From assembly GCA_051061385.1 (NCBI GenBank), contig JBPFDX010000094.1, positions 7,252 to 71,251 on the forward strand: a stretch of 64,000 nt of DNA, in the 5' to 3' direction. The notes below the pieces were generated by a model that worked only from the letters and a program-made list of their open reading frames with translations, was not told where the DNA came from and made no database searches. This stretch comes from Methylocystis sp. GTDB taxonomy: Bacteria > Pseudomonadota > Alphaproteobacteria > Rhizobiales > Beijerinckiaceae. The first letter of the stretch is position 1. Each line of letters begins with the position of its first letter. Of the stretch, positions 1 to 10,357 are shown piece after piece. Made by a program: the position numbers and the translations under genes.

Positions 1-43
1 ATGAAAATCACGTCATCCGTCATCATTTCGAGCACGGCCGTAA

Positions 44-66
44 GGTCGCCAGTTTTGCTGGCGACC
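44..66. repeat. Palindromic hairpin GGTCGCCAG-TTTTG-CTGGCGACC within a degenerate REP-like stretch downstream of ugd
   Basis: Perfect 9-bp inverted repeat, flanked by GTCATCC-type motifs typical of rhizobial REP elements. Confidence 0.45.
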
Positions 67-137
67 ATCCATGCTTCGATCAGTTCGCGAATGGCGCTTT
101 CGTCGTTTGTCATCCTGCGCGCTCCGCGTCATCCATC

Positions 138-1442
138 TCAAACTCTTCCGACGCTCACATAGGTGAAGCCGCGCTTGCGCACGTCGCCGGGACGATAGAC
201 GTTGCGCAGATCGACGATGATCGGCTGCTTCAAGAGGCTCCTCACCCGATCGAGATCGAGCGCGCGGAAGGCGTCCCATTCAGTGACGATGGCAAGCGCG
301 TCGGCGCCTTCCAGCGCCGAATAGGCGTTGTCGTGGAAGGTGACCTCCGGCATCAGCGGACGCGCCTGCTCCATGCTCTCCGGGTCGTAGGCATGCACCT
401 GCGCGCCGTCGCCGGCCAGCGAGGCGACGATGGCGAGCGACGGCGCGTCGCGCATGTCGTCGGTGTTGGGCTTGAAGGCCAATCCCAGGAGCGCGATCTT
501 CTTGCCGCGCACCGAACCGCCGAGCGCATGGATGACCTTGCGCGCCATCGCGCGCTTGCGGGCGTCATTGACGGCGACGACGGTTTCGACGATGCGCAGC
601 GCAGCGCCTTCGTCCTGTCCCGTCTTGATCAGCGCCAGCGTGTCCTTTGGAAAGCAGGAGCCGCCGTAGCCGGGGCCGGCGTGCAGGAATTTCGCGCCGA
701 TGCGCTTGTCGAGGCCGATGCCGCGCGCGACCTCCTGCACATCCGCGCCGACTTTTTCGCACAGATCGGCGATCTCGTTGATGAAGGTGATCTTCGTCGC
801 GAGGAAGGCGTTCGCCGCATATTTGGTGAGCTCCGACGTGCGGCGCCCGACGAAGACGAGCGGCGGCGCGTTCAGGGACAGCGGCCGGTAGATCTCCTCC
901 ATCACCTCGCGGGCGCGCGCATCTTCGACTCCGATGACGACGCGGTCCGGACGCTTGAAATCCTCGATCGCGGCGCCTTCGCGCAGGAATTCAGGATTGG
1001 AAACCACCGAGAAATCGGCGTCCGGGTTCACTTCGCGAATGATGCGCTCGACCTCGTCGCCCGTGCCGACCGGGACCGTCGATTTGTTGACGACGACGGT
1101 GAATCCTTCGAGCGCAGCGGCGATGGTTTGCGCAGCGGCGTAGACGAAGGACAGGTCCGCATGGCCGTCGCCGCGCCGCGACGGCGTTCCGACCGCGATG
1201 AACACTGCGTCCGCGCCCCTGACCGCCGGTTCGAGCTCGGTGGTGAAAGAGAGGCGGTTCTGTTCGACGTTATTGGCGACGAGTTCGTCGAGGCCAGGCT
1301 CGTAGATCGGAATGACGCCGGCCTTCAGGCGCTCGATCTTGCTCGAGTCGGCGTCGACGCAAACGACGTTATGGCCGAAGTCCGCAAAGCAAGCGCCCGA
1401 AACGAGACCTACATAGCCCGAGCCAATCATTGTGATGTTCAT
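138..1442 (-). CDS. ugd: UDP-glucose 6-dehydrogenase
   Basis: GSGYVG Rossmann motif, SNPEFLREG, GYGGSCFPKD catalytic Cys; ATG at 1442 with GAGG RBS (track start 1445 is TTG). Confidence 0.95.
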   Translation of the reverse strand: MNITMIGSGYVGLVSGACFADFGHNVVCVDADSSKIERLKAGVIPIYEPGLDELVANNVEQNRLSFTTELEPAVRGADAVFIAVGTPSRRGDGHADLSFVYAAAQTIAAALEGFTVVVNKSTVPVGTGDEVERIIREVNPDADFSVVSNPEFLREGAAIEDFKRPDRVVIGVEDARAREVMEEIYRPLSLNAPPLVFVGRRTSELTKYAANAFLATKITFINEIADLCEKVGADVQEVARGIGLDKRIGAKFLHAGPGYGGSCFPKDTLALIKTGQDEGAALRIVETVVAVNDARKRAMARKVIHALGGSVRGKKIALLGLAFKPNTDDMRDAPSLAIVASLAGDGAQVHAYDPESMEQARPLMPEVTFHDNAYSALEGADALAIVTEWDAFRALDLDRVRSLLKQPIIVDLRNVYRPGDVRKRGFTYVSVGRV

Positions 1443-1614
1443 CAATCGCCTCTTTGCTATCGGACGCGCGCCGCGCCGATCATCCCATGCTCAGGAGCGC
1501 TGGGCGGCGATCAGAAGAAAGCGTCTGGCGCTTCGCCCCGCCGCTTCGAACCCCCCAAGGAACGAAATCGCCGCGGCGGCGCGCGAGCCACTTCATTCCC
1601 GACGCAAGAACGAA

Positions 1615-3909
1615 TCAGCCCCCGACGCCAAAGGCGGCGAGCGCCGCCATATTGACGATCTCCGTATCCGTCGCGCCGAGTTGGACGATTTGGATCGGTT
1701 TGTCGAGTCCGACGATCAGCGGCCCGAGCACGGTCGCGCCGCCCAGCTCCTGTAACATTTTTGTCGAAATAGCCGCCGAATGAAACGCCGGCATGACAAG
1801 GACGTTCGCGGTGTCGGTGAGGCGCGAAAACGGATAGGCGCTCATCAGCTCTTTGTTGAGCGCGATATCGGCGCCCATCTCGCCCTCATATTCGAAATCC
1901 ACCCGCCGCTGGTCCAGCACTCTGACTGCTTGATGCACGCGCGCCGTGCGTTCGCCCGGCGGATAGCCGAAGGTCGAGAAGGCCAGCATGGCGACGCGCG
2001 GCTCGAGGCCGATGCGACGCGCCACCCCCGCCGCTTCGATGGCGATCTCGGCCAGCTCTTCGGCGTCCGGCATTTCAGTGATCGCGGTGTCGGCGACGAC
2101 GACGACGCGGCCATTGGCGAGAATGAGCGAGGCGCCGATCACGCGGTGGCCGGGCTTCGCGTCGACGACGCGACGCACGTCCTCGAGCGCATGCGAGAAA
2201 TTGCGCGTCACGCCCGTCACCATCGCGTCGGCGTCCCCCTGCGCCACCATGGCGGCGGCGAAGTGATTGCGATCCTGATTGATCAGCCGCTGGCAGTCGC
2301 GCATCAGAAAACCCTTGCGCTGCAGGCGTTCAAACAGGAATTGCGCATAGACCGCGTTACGGATGGAGAGTTTGGCGTTGTGGATTTCGATCTCCGCCGG
2401 AAGCTCGAGGCCGGCGTTCGCGGCGGCTTCTCTGACGCGATCCTCCCGCCCGACGAGCACGGCGCGTCCGAATCCCTGATGCACGAACGAGAGCGCGGCG
2501 CGGATCACCTGTTCCTCTTCGCCCTCCGCGAAGACGACGCGCTTCGGATCACGGCGCACGCGTTCGTGAATCGTCTGCATCAGGCCGGCGATTGGATCGC
2601 GGCGCGCTGAAAGCTCGGCGCGGTAGCCCTTCATGTCGACGATCGGTCGCCGCGCGACCCCGGTGTCCATCGCCGCCAGCGCCACGGCGGGCGGAATGAT
2701 GGAGATGAGGCGCGGATCGAACGGCGCGGGGATGATATAGTCGCGGCCGAAACGCGGCCGCGCGCCGCGATAGGCGTTGGCGACTTCGTCCGGCACGTCC
2801 TCCCGCGCGAGTTCGGCGAGCGCCTGCGCCGCGGCGATCTTCATCTCCATGTTGATCGTGCGCGCGCGAACGTCGAGCGCGCCGCGAAAGATATAGGGAA
2901 AGCCGAGGACGTTGTTGACCTGGTTGGGATAGTCGGAACGCCCGGTCGCGATGATCACGTCGGAACGAGTGGCGCGCGCTTCTTCAGGCGTGATCTCGGG
3001 ATCGGGATTGGCCATGGCGAAGACGATCGGATCGTCGGCCATGCTGAGAAGCATTTTTGGCGACAGGGCACCCTTGACGGAGAGGCCGTAGAAGATGTCG
3101 GCGCCTTCAAGCGCCTCGGCGAGCGTGCGCGCCTTGGTGTCCACGGCGTGCGCGCCCTTCCACTGATTCATTCCCTCTTGGCGACCGCGGTAGACGACGC
3201 CCTTGGTGTCGCACAGGATGACGTTGCGCGGATCGAATCCGAGCGCCTTCGCCAGATCAAGGCAGGCGATGCCGGCTGCGCCAGCCCCGTTGCAGACGAG
3301 TTTCGCTTCACGGATATCACGACCGGTCAGCAGCAGCGCGTTGAGAATGCCGGCGGAAGAGATGATCGCCGTTCCGTGCTGGTCGTCGTGAAAGACCGGA
3401 ATGTCCATGAGGTCGCGCAGCCGCTCCTCAATGACGAAGCATTCGGGGGCCTTGATGTCTTCGAGATTTATTCCGCCGAATGACGGTCCGAGATAGCGCA
3501 CGGCGTTGACGAATGCGTCGACGTCCTTCGCGTCGATCTCGAGATCGATCGAATCGATGTCGGCGAAGCGCTTGAACAGCGCGGCTTTGCCCTCCATCAC
3601 CGGCTTCGCCGCAAGCGCGCCGAGATCGCCAAGCCCCAGGATCGCCGTGCCATTGGTGATGACGGCGACCATATTGCCGCGCGTCGTATAGTCGAAGGCC
3701 GCAGAAGGGTCTTTTGCGATGGCGAGCACCGGCACGGCGACGCCGGGCGAATAGGCGAGCGAAAGATCGCGCTGAGTCGCCATCGGTTTCGATGCGACGA
3801 CCGCCAGCTTGCCTGGCCGGCCGCGGGAATGAAACAGCAGCGCTTCCTTGTCTGAAATAGCCGCGCGCTGCTCTCCTTCCGCGCGGCTATTCGCCATGTC
3901 GTCGGCCAT
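1615..3909 (-). CDS. maeB: NADP-dependent malic enzyme with C-terminal phosphotransacetylase-like domain
   Basis: [42 protein letters not shown] motifs plus PTA domain; start moved to ATG 3909 (AGGA RBS). Confidence 0.95.
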   Translation of the reverse strand: MADDMANSRAEGEQRAAISDKEALLFHSRGRPGKLAVVASKPMATQRDLSLAYSPGVAVPVLAIAKDPSAAFDYTTRGNMVAVITNGTAILGLGDLGALAAKPVMEGKAALFKRFADIDSIDLEIDAKDVDAFVNAVRYLGPSFGGINLEDIKAPECFVIEERLRDLMDIPVFHDDQHGTAIISSAGILNALLLTGRDIREAKLVCNGAGAAGIACLDLAKALGFDPRNVILCDTKGVVYRGRQEGMNQWKGAHAVDTKARTLAEALEGADIFYGLSVKGALSPKMLLSMADDPIVFAMANPDPEITPEEARATRSDVIIATGRSDYPNQVNNVLGFPYIFRGALDVRARTINMEMKIAAAQALAELAREDVPDEVANAYRGARPRFGRDYIIPAPFDPRLISIIPPAVALAAMDTGVARRPIVDMKGYRAELSARRDPIAGLMQTIHERVRRDPKRVVFAEGEEEQVIRAALSFVHQGFGRAVLVGREDRVREAAANAGLELPAEIEIHNAKLSIRNAVYAQFLFERLQRKGFLMRDCQRLINQDRNHFAAAMVAQGDADAMVTGVTRNFSHALEDVRRVVDAKPGHRVIGASLILANGRVVVVADTAITEMPDAEELAEIAIEAAGVARRIGLEPRVAMLAFSTFGYPPGERTARVHQAVRVLDQRRVDFEYEGEMGADIALNKELMSAYPFSRLTDTANVLVMPAFHSAAISTKMLQELGGATVLGPLIVGLDKPIQIVQLGATDTEIVNMAALAAFGVGG

Positions 3910-4020
3910 ATCTGTCCTTTTGCAGGCGTCTCCTGCTGCGATGCAACAAAGCCGACAATAACCGGAGCGTGGCCGTGTCCACAAGCGTTTCGCCATGAAG
4001 CCTCCGGCGCAAAGCGTCGC

Positions 4021-4045
4021 GGAACAATGGCGAAGCGTCAGAGTT
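4021..4045 (+). promoter_or_regulatory. Putative EcfG/SigT general-stress promoter GGAAC-N17-GTT
   Basis: GGAAC at 4021-4025 and GTT at 4043-4045, about 70 nt upstream of the small ORF at 4117. Confidence 0.5.
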
Positions 4046-4116
4046 TTAGGGCATGCGCCGCCTTCCAAGCCGCGGCTCAGTTTAGGACTGTTCAAAGCGC
4101 TGGGACGGAGGTTTCA

Positions 4117-4191
4117 ATGAATGGCATCATCTATCTCGTCGGGCTTATCGTCGTCGTCATGGCGATTTTATCCTTTGTTGGCCTCCGTTGA
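4117..4191 (+). CDS. 24-aa single-TM small protein MNGIIYLVGLIVVVMAILSFVGLR (not in ORF track)
   Basis: GGAGG RBS, ATG, fully hydrophobic helix, 12 nt upstream of the next gene. Confidence 0.75.
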   Translation: MNGIIYLVGLIVVVMAILSFVGLR

Positions 4192-4203
4192 GGGAGACGG
4201 CAG

Positions 4204-5133
4204 ATGACCGACTTTGCTGAAAGAGGCGTTGACGTCAGGGCCTCGCGCGGAGAGACAGCATCTCTGGCCGGCGTTCGAGAGGCGTCCGCGCGCTCCACGA
4301 ATACCGATTGGGCGGCGATCCTCGCCGGCGCCGCGGTCGCAGGAGCGATCTCCTTCGTGATGAGCGCGTTCGGCACGGCCATCGGGCTCTCGCTGACGTC
4401 GCCCTATGAAGGGTCGTCTTTGGCCGTGCATCTTATCGCGCTCACCCTGTGGATGTTGTGGATCACGGTTTCGAGCTTCGCGCTCGGCGGCTACGTCACG
4501 GGTCGGCTGCGACGGCGCTCGGCGGACGCTACGCCAGAGGAGGTGGAGGTGCGCGACGGGGTCCATGGTCTGGTGCTTTGGGCCGCGGCGATGGTGGTGT
4601 TCGCGCTGATCACCGGCGTTTCAATTTTCCAGCTCGCGAAGACCGGCGTTTCCGCCGTGTTGTCGGACACGGGGAGAACCGAGGCGTCCACGCTCGCGCC
4701 CGCCGTCAATCCGGCCGAGGAGCGCGTCGACTTTCTGTTGCGGGGAGACGGCGACGTGAGCGCCAGAGGCGTGAACATGCCCATGCCCGCGGAATATCCT
4801 CGCGCAATCGTCAAGCGCATCGTTGAGCGCGGCATGGCGTCAGGCGAAATCTCCGGGGAAGATCGCGCTTATCTCGTCAATGTTCTCGCTTCTCGCACCG
4901 GCCTCGCGCCGCAGGACGCGGAAAGGCGCGTCGACGCAACAGCTGAACGCCTGCGCGAAGATAACGCCAAGGCGAAGGAGACCGCGGAGACGGCGCGCAA
5001 GACAGGCATCGTTCTCGCGTTCCTTTCCGCTGCGACAATGCTCATCGGCGGGGCGGCGGCCTGGGCCGGCGCCACCCTGGGCGGACGACACCGCGATGAA
5101 AACATCGGCGTCGCATCGCTCTCTCGCTTCTAA
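4204..5133 (+). CDS. Multi-pass membrane protein of unknown function
   Basis: GGAG RBS; several hydrophobic segments flanking a soluble helical region. Confidence 0.8.
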   Translation: MTDFAERGVDVRASRGETASLAGVREASARSTNTDWAAILAGAAVAGAISFVMSAFGTAIGLSLTSPYEGSSLAVHLIALTLWMLWITVSSFALGGYVTGRLRRRSADATPEEVEVRDGVHGLVLWAAAMVVFALITGVSIFQLAKTGVSAVLSDTGRTEASTLAPAVNPAEERVDFLLRGDGDVSARGVNMPMPAEYPRAIVKRIVERGMASGEISGEDRAYLVNVLASRTGLAPQDAERRVDATAERLREDNAKAKETAETARKTGIVLAFLSAATMLIGGAAAWAGATLGGRHRDENIGVASLSRF

Positions 5134-5145
5134 CAGGAGGTCAAA

Positions 5146-5220
5146 ATGTTCCGGTCTGTCTTGCTCTGGATGCTCGGCGTGCCAATACCGCTCATCATCC
5201 TGCTGGCGCTGTGGAACTAG
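5146..5220 (+). CDS. 24-aa single-TM small protein MFRSVLLWMLGVPIPLIILLALWN (not in ORF track)
   Basis: AGGAGG RBS right after the upstream stop; followed by a terminator. Confidence 0.75.
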   Translation: MFRSVLLWMLGVPIPLIILLALWN

Positions 5221-5238
5221 GCTAGCGCGCGACAGAAG

Positions 5239-5270
5239 AAGCCCCGGAAGATCGCCTTCCGGGGCTTTGT
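5239..5270. terminator. Intrinsic terminator, probably bidirectional
   Basis: 12-bp stem AAGCCCCGGAAG/CTTCCGGGGCTT with 5-nt loop between convergent genes. Confidence 0.8.
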
Positions 5271-6311
5271 TCATGGCTTGCGAGGAATGTCGAAGACCAG
5301 CGGCGCGCCGTCCTCTCCACCGTCGGAGAGGACGAGAAGACGGTAGCGCTCAGGAGTGAGGTCAAGCAGAGCAATCGCCTCCGGCTTGATGGGTTTGTTC
5401 TTCGCGTCTCGGGGCGCATTATCCAGACTGAGAACCGCGAGTTCGCTTGCCTGCGCGACGCCTTGACGAGGCTGATCAATGCGGAAAATCGAATAGCCCG
5501 ACGCCTTCTCGTCGTCGTCCGGACCCACGAGCGCGAGGAGCGCATCGCCGGCGACTGTCAGATCGCGAATGCCGCGCTTCTCTCCTACGCGAATGCGGGA
5601 AACGCTCGGCGCGGCGTCGCCGCCTTCGAACAGCGCTTTCGCGTCAACGCCGACGATCAACGCTTCGCCGTTTGTCGCGGGGCCGCGGAAGCCAAAATAA
5701 AGTCGTCCGTTCTTGGCCGCGACTCCTTCGATGTTGACGCCTTGTCTGCCTTTTAGATGTTTCGCATCTTTCGGCGGATCGTCGCCGAGACAGGCCTGCG
5801 GACCGGCGTGACCGGCGAATTCCGGCAACCGCTCAAAGATGTTCCAGAGCTGGTTTCTGGATTCGATCGCGCGAGGCAGTCGCTTCGCCTGATCGGCGCC
5901 GAAACGAAGCACAGTCCTGTTTGCGAGATGATCCTCGCAGCTCTTTCGCTTCACGGAGTGGGATCCGACAATATAGAAAAATTCGCCGTCTGCTGCGGCG
6001 CCTTCGGCGTCGAATTCGTCGGCTGCGATCGGCAATGAAAAAGGCGCGCCGGGCGTCAATTGCCCGTCCGTCAACCGCACGAAAGCCGCCTCATGTCCTT
6101 CGTCTGTGACGGCGAGGCAGAATTCCGGCGCGTTCGGCGCACAGACAAAGCCGCTGACGTTCGCCCGCTGCTTTGGCTGGGGAAAGACAGAGGGCGAAAC
6201 GCGCCACGGATTCGGCGATTCAGGCGCGACCCGCTCGGTGGCGAAAGCGGCGAAACAAAGCCCGCCGGCCGTCACAGCAATTGCGACAATGCGATTGATG
6301 ATGGAAATCAT
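5271..6311 (-). CDS. Secreted DUF3616-like protein
   Basis: Signal peptide MISIINRIVAIAVTAGGLCFAAFA; YIVGSHSxKR, NIEGVA and GFRGP motifs; only the 3' end of the 1004-aa track ORF is real. Confidence 0.7.
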   Translation of the reverse strand: MISIINRIVAIAVTAGGLCFAAFATERVAPESPNPWRVSPSVFPQPKQRANVSGFVCAPNAPEFCLAVTDEGHEAAFVRLTDGQLTPGAPFSLPIAADEFDAEGAAADGEFFYIVGSHSVKRKSCEDHLANRTVLRFGADQAKRLPRAIESRNQLWNIFERLPEFAGHAGPQACLGDDPPKDAKHLKGRQGVNIEGVAAKNGRLYFGFRGPATNGEALIVGVDAKALFEGGDAAPSVSRIRVGEKRGIRDLTVAGDALLALVGPDDDEKASGYSIFRIDQPRQGVAQASELAVLSLDNAPRDAKNKPIKPEAIALLDLTPERYRLLVLSDGGEDGAPLVFDIPRKP

Positions 6312-6434
6312 CGAAACCTCCAATAAAAATTTGGCAGAGCAACAGGCGAATCTAACCTCATGCAGGCGCGTCGTCCACATGCAAGAGGCCGCGCCGCGTG
6401 GCGCTCGCGCCGCGGGGCCGTTAAACTGGCGGAG

Positions 6435-9107
6435 ATGAAGCACGCCGCGCCCGCCTCCGCCGAAACGCCCCAGGACAGAGCGCTGACGCGCGCGACCCCG
6501 ATGATCGCGCAATATATCGAGATCAAGGCGGCGAACGCCGATTGCCTGCTCTTCTATCGCATGGGCGATTTTTACGAACTGTTTTTCGAAGACGCGCAGA
6601 CGGCGTCGCGCGCGCTCGGCATCATGCTCACCAAGCGCGGCAAGCATCTTGGCGAAGACATTCCGATGTGCGGCGTGCCGGTGGAGCGCGCCAACGACTA
6701 CCTGCAAAAGCTCATTGCGCTCGGCCATCGCGTCGCCGTCTGCGAGCAGATCGAAGATCCTGCGGAAGCAAAAAAGCGCGGCGCAAAATCTGTCGTGCGA
6801 CGCGACGTCGTGCGGCTCGTCACGCCTGGCACGATCACCGAGGACGCGCTGCTCGATCCGGCGAGGCCCAACGCCTTTCTGGCGATCGCGCGCCTGCGCG
6901 GGGAAGACAGCCGCTGGCGATACGGACTTGCCAGCGTCGATATATCGACAGGCGCCTTCACGGTCTGTGCGTGCGAAGAGACCGTGCTTAACGCCGAGAT
7001 CGCGCGGCTGGAGCCGCGCGAGATCGTCGCTGCTGACGCGCTCTGCAGGGACTCTTCGCTTTCGGCGATCTTCGAAGCGACGGGCGTTCCCGTCGCGCCG
7101 ATCGGCCGCGATATTGGCGACGGCGCCGACGCCGCGCGACGTCTCATGGATTTTTACGCCGTTGCGACTCTCGACGGCTTCGGCGCTCTCAGTGACTGCC
7201 AGCTTGCGGCGGCCGCGACGGCGATTCTCTACGTCGAGCGCACGCAAAAAGGACAGCGCCCGGCGCTTTCGCGTCCGACGAACCTGCGCGAGCTGACGAC
7301 GCTCGATATCGATGCGGCGACGCGCGCCAATCTCGAACTGACGCGGACGCTCTCCGGCGCGCGCGAGGGTTCGCTGTTGTCGGTGGTCGACCTCACGGTG
7401 ACGCCGGCCGGCGCCAGGCTGCTGGCGGAGCGGATTGCGGCCCCCCTGACGGACGCGCGAGCGATCGCGGCGCGGCTCGACGCGATCGCCTTCTTTTTCG
7501 AATGGCCTGATCTGCGGGGGGCGCTGCGCGCAAGGCTTGCGCGCGCGCCGGATCTCTCCCGCGCGCTGTCGCGGCTTTCTCTCGAGCGCGGCGGACCGCG
7601 CGATCTTGCAAGCGTCGGCGTCGCGCTGGAGGCCGCAACGGGTATCGCCGCTCTCTTTGCGCAATGTGATCCGCCATCGGAAATCGCGAATGAGATTCGC
7701 ACGCTGTCTCAGGCGGATGTCGCGCTCGCCGGCGAAATCGCCGCAAGCTTGAAAGACAATCTGCCGCTGGACAAGCGCAATGGCGATTTCATTCGCGAGG
7801 GCCGCGACTCGGAGTTGGACGACGCGCGGCGCCTTCGCGACGCAAGCCGGAAGGTGATCGCCGAGCTGCAGGGCCGCTATGCCGAGCTCACCGAAACAAG
7901 GCTCAAGATCAAACACAATAATTTCCTCGGCTTCTTTCTCGAAGTGTCGCTGGCGCATGGCGAGAAGCTGCTGCGGCCGCCGTTTGACGCGACTTTCACG
8001 CACCGCCAGACCATGGCCGATGCGATGCGCTTTTCGACGCGCGAACTCGTCGAGCTGGAAGCCAAGATCGCTTCCGCCGCCGACCGCGCCGTCGCGCGGG
8101 AATTGGCGATGTTCGACGCGCTGGTCGCCGAGGTTTGCGCGCGCGCCGAAGATTTGCAGCGGCTCGCCGAAGCTTTCGCGCGGCTCGATTTCTATAGCGC
8201 GCTTGCCGAAGTCGCGGAGAAGCGCGGCTGGACGCGCCCGGCGATCGACGCTTCGCTGGACTTCGAGATCATCGGCGGCCGACATCCGGTCGTCGAAGCC
8301 TCGCTACAGTCGCAGGGCAAAGCCTTCGCCGCGAATGACTGCGAGCTCGACGGCGGCCGGATCGCTGTCGTCACCGGGCCGAACATGGCCGGCAAGTCGA
8401 CCTATCTGCGCCAGAACGCGCTCATCGCCCTCCTCGCGCAGGCAGGCTCTTACGTGCCCGCCCAGTCGGCCCGCATCGGCGTCATCGACAGGCTGTTCTC
8501 TCGCGTCGGCGCCTCGGACGATCTCGCCCGCGGACGCTCGACCTTCATGGTCGAGATGGTCGAGACCGCGGCGATCCTGAACTGCGCGACGCCGCGCTCT
8601 CTCGTCATTCTCGACGAGATCGGTCGCGGCACGGCGACATTCGACGGCCTGTCGATCGCCTGGGCGACGATCGAACATCTGCATGAAATCAACCGCTCGC
8701 GCGCGATCTTCGCCACCCATTTCCACGAGTTGACCCAGCTTGCGAAGAGACTGCCGCGCCTCGTCAATTTGACGATGAAGGTGACGGATCACGCGGGCGA
8801 GGTGGTGTTTCTGCATGAGGTGATCAAAGGCGCCGCGGACCGTTCCTATGGCGTGCATGTCGCGCAGCTTGCCGGTTTGCCCGGAAGCGTCGTCGCGCGT
8901 GCGCACGCCATTCTCGCGGAGTTGGAAGCGGCCGATCGTCGCGCCCCTGTCGAGACATTGATCGATGATCTGCCGCTCTTTGCGCGCGTCGCCGACAAGC
9001 CGTCGCCGAAGGATGGCTTGCGCGACGCTCTTAAGGAAATCGATCCGGATCAAATGACGCCGCGTGAAGCGTTGGCGGCGCTCTATGAATTGAAGAAGAA
9101 ACTCTAG
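6435..9107 (+). CDS. mutS: DNA mismatch repair protein MutS
   Basis: [19 protein letters not shown], Walker [26 protein letters not shown]; GGAG RBS before ATG 6435. Confidence 0.97.
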   Translation: MKHAAPASAETPQDRALTRATPMIAQYIEIKAANADCLLFYRMGDFYELFFEDAQTASRALGIMLTKRGKHLGEDIPMCGVPVERANDYLQKLIALGHRVAVCEQIEDPAEAKKRGAKSVVRRDVVRLVTPGTITEDALLDPARPNAFLAIARLRGEDSRWRYGLASVDISTGAFTVCACEETVLNAEIARLEPREIVAADALCRDSSLSAIFEATGVPVAPIGRDIGDGADAARRLMDFYAVATLDGFGALSDCQLAAAATAILYVERTQKGQRPALSRPTNLRELTTLDIDAATRANLELTRTLSGAREGSLLSVVDLTVTPAGARLLAERIAAPLTDARAIAARLDAIAFFFEWPDLRGALRARLARAPDLSRALSRLSLERGGPRDLASVGVALEAATGIAALFAQCDPPSEIANEIRTLSQADVALAGEIAASLKDNLPLDKRNGDFIREGRDSELDDARRLRDASRKVIAELQGRYAELTETRLKIKHNNFLGFFLEVSLAHGEKLLRPPFDATFTHRQTMADAMRFSTRELVELEAKIASAADRAVARELAMFDALVAEVCARAEDLQRLAEAFARLDFYSALAEVAEKRGWTRPAIDASLDFEIIGGRHPVVEASLQSQGKAFAANDCELDGGRIAVVTGPNMAGKSTYLRQNALIALLAQAGSYVPAQSARIGVIDRLFSRVGASDDLARGRSTFMVEMVETAAILNCATPRSLVILDEIGRGTATFDGLSIAWATIEHLHEINRSRAIFATHFHELTQLAKRLPRLVNLTMKVTDHAGEVVFLHEVIKGAADRSYGVHVAQLAGLPGSVVARAHAILAELEAADRRAPVETLIDDLPLFARVADKPSPKDGLRDALKEIDPDQMTPREALAALYELKKKL

Positions 9108-9145
9108 CGGCGTCCTTTCTGCTCTGGAGCGACGCTTCGCAAGCC

Positions 9146-9158
9146 GTGACTAAGTCGC
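9146..9158. promoter_or_regulatory. Palindromic motif GTGAC-TAA-GTCGC (copy 1 of 4)
   Basis: Identical to the copy upstream of sqr (22105); intergenic, upstream of ORF 9348. Confidence 0.5.
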
Positions 9159-9347
9159 AGACCTTGTCGCGTTTGGCGCACACAATCCCGTCAATCGAGC
9201 CTCGTTGCGTTCTTGCGTCGACGCCAAGCGACGTCGAACGAAAACGCAAGAATCGGCTGTACGCCGTCGCCGTTTGCGGCATTTGCGAAGCATGTCGGTC
9301 TCTCATCCGGCGGCGCCAACAAACTCCTCTGACATCGGAGAAGGGTC

Positions 9348-9770
9348 ATGATTCTCGTGTTGATTTTCGTCGGCGTCGCCTTGGCGACAGTCGGCGTGCT
9401 TTCACTGCTCGACGTGCAGTTCAGAATAAGCAGAGTGACGGCCGTTGCGGCGTTCCTCGGCGGATTGGCGATGGTCGTCGGCGCCGAAGCGGGTTTGATC
9501 GGCTCCAGCTCGTCCTTCTACAAGGCGCAGCAGATTCAGACATCGGCCTGCGAGTTGGATGGTGAATCGGCATATCCGCAAAATCGTCGCCTGGATCCGG
9601 ATCGCCTGATTCGCAAATACATTACGGGCTGCATGGCGCAGGCGGGTTACGCCTGGACGACCGATCACGAGCACTGCAGGGAAGCGCCGCTCGCGACAAA
9701 TCCGCTATGCTATTTGCCCACGAGCCTGTTCGATCGCGCAGTGACGAAAGTTCAGGTCGCCTTCGAATAA
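9348..9770 (+). CDS. Hypothetical membrane protein: N-terminal TM hairpin plus 4-Cys exported domain
   Basis: AAGGG RBS; two hydrophobic helices, then CELD, GCMA, HCRE, LCYL. Confidence 0.75.
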   Translation: MILVLIFVGVALATVGVLSLLDVQFRISRVTAVAAFLGGLAMVVGAEAGLIGSSSSFYKAQQIQTSACELDGESAYPQNRRLDPDRLIRKYITGCMAQAGYAWTTDHEHCREAPLATNPLCYLPTSLFDRAVTKVQVAFE

Positions 9771-9796
9771 GGCGTGAAGCCGCGTTCTGACGAACG

Positions 9797-10354
9797 CTAG
9801 GCGGCGTAGCGCGCGAAGACGAATTGCGTGTCGCCGTAGCGGCGTTCGTCTTCGCGCAGCAGGGGCGGCGGCAAATCGATTTGCGCCTTCGCGTGCTCTT
9901 CGATGACGACGACGGCGCCCGGCGCAAGCCATCCACCTTCTACAAGCGCGGCAAGCGCGGGCGTCGCGAGATCCTTGCCATAGGGCGGATCGAGAAAGGC
10001 GAGCGAAAATTGTTCGCCGGGCGGCGCGGCGCCGAGCTTCGTCGCGTCCCGGCGGAAGACGCGGGTGACGCCGCCCAGTCCAAGCGCTTCGATATTGGCG
10101 CGCAGCAAGGCGCGGGCCTCAGCGCCGTCATCGACAAAAAGCGCGCGCGCGGCGCCGCGCGACAAGGCTTCTAGCCCGAGCGCGCCGGCCCCGGCGAAGA
10201 GATCGATGACATTGGCGCCCGAAGCCGGATCGCCAAAGCGATGCGCGAGAATGTCGAAGACGGATTCGCGCAGGCGCTCGGAGGTTGGCCGGATCGCCTG
10301 CGAGCGCGGCGCGGAAAGCGACCGACCGCGCAGGGCGCCGCCGACAATGCGCAT
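9797..10354 (-). CDS. rsmD: 16S rRNA (guanine966-N2) methyltransferase
   Basis: MRIVGG, IRPTSERLRESVF, DLFAGAGALGLEALSRGA, DPPY. Confidence 0.95.
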   Translation of the reverse strand: MRIVGGALRGRSLSAPRSQAIRPTSERLRESVFDILAHRFGDPASGANVIDLFAGAGALGLEALSRGAARALFVDDGAEARALLRANIEALGLGGVTRVFRRDATKLGAAPPGEQFSLAFLDPPYGKDLATPALAALVEGGWLAPGAVVVIEEHAKAQIDLPPPLLREDERRYGDTQFVFARYAA

Positions 10355-10357
10355 CGC

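Noticed and set aside
5271-8285. 1004-aa minus-strand ORF, and other long antisense or alternate-frame ORFs (e.g. 333-1655, 40558-42759, 15736-17664, 52414-53616)
   Set aside because: High-GC shadow ORFs overlapping well-supported genes; only the terminal parts with their own RBS and start are real
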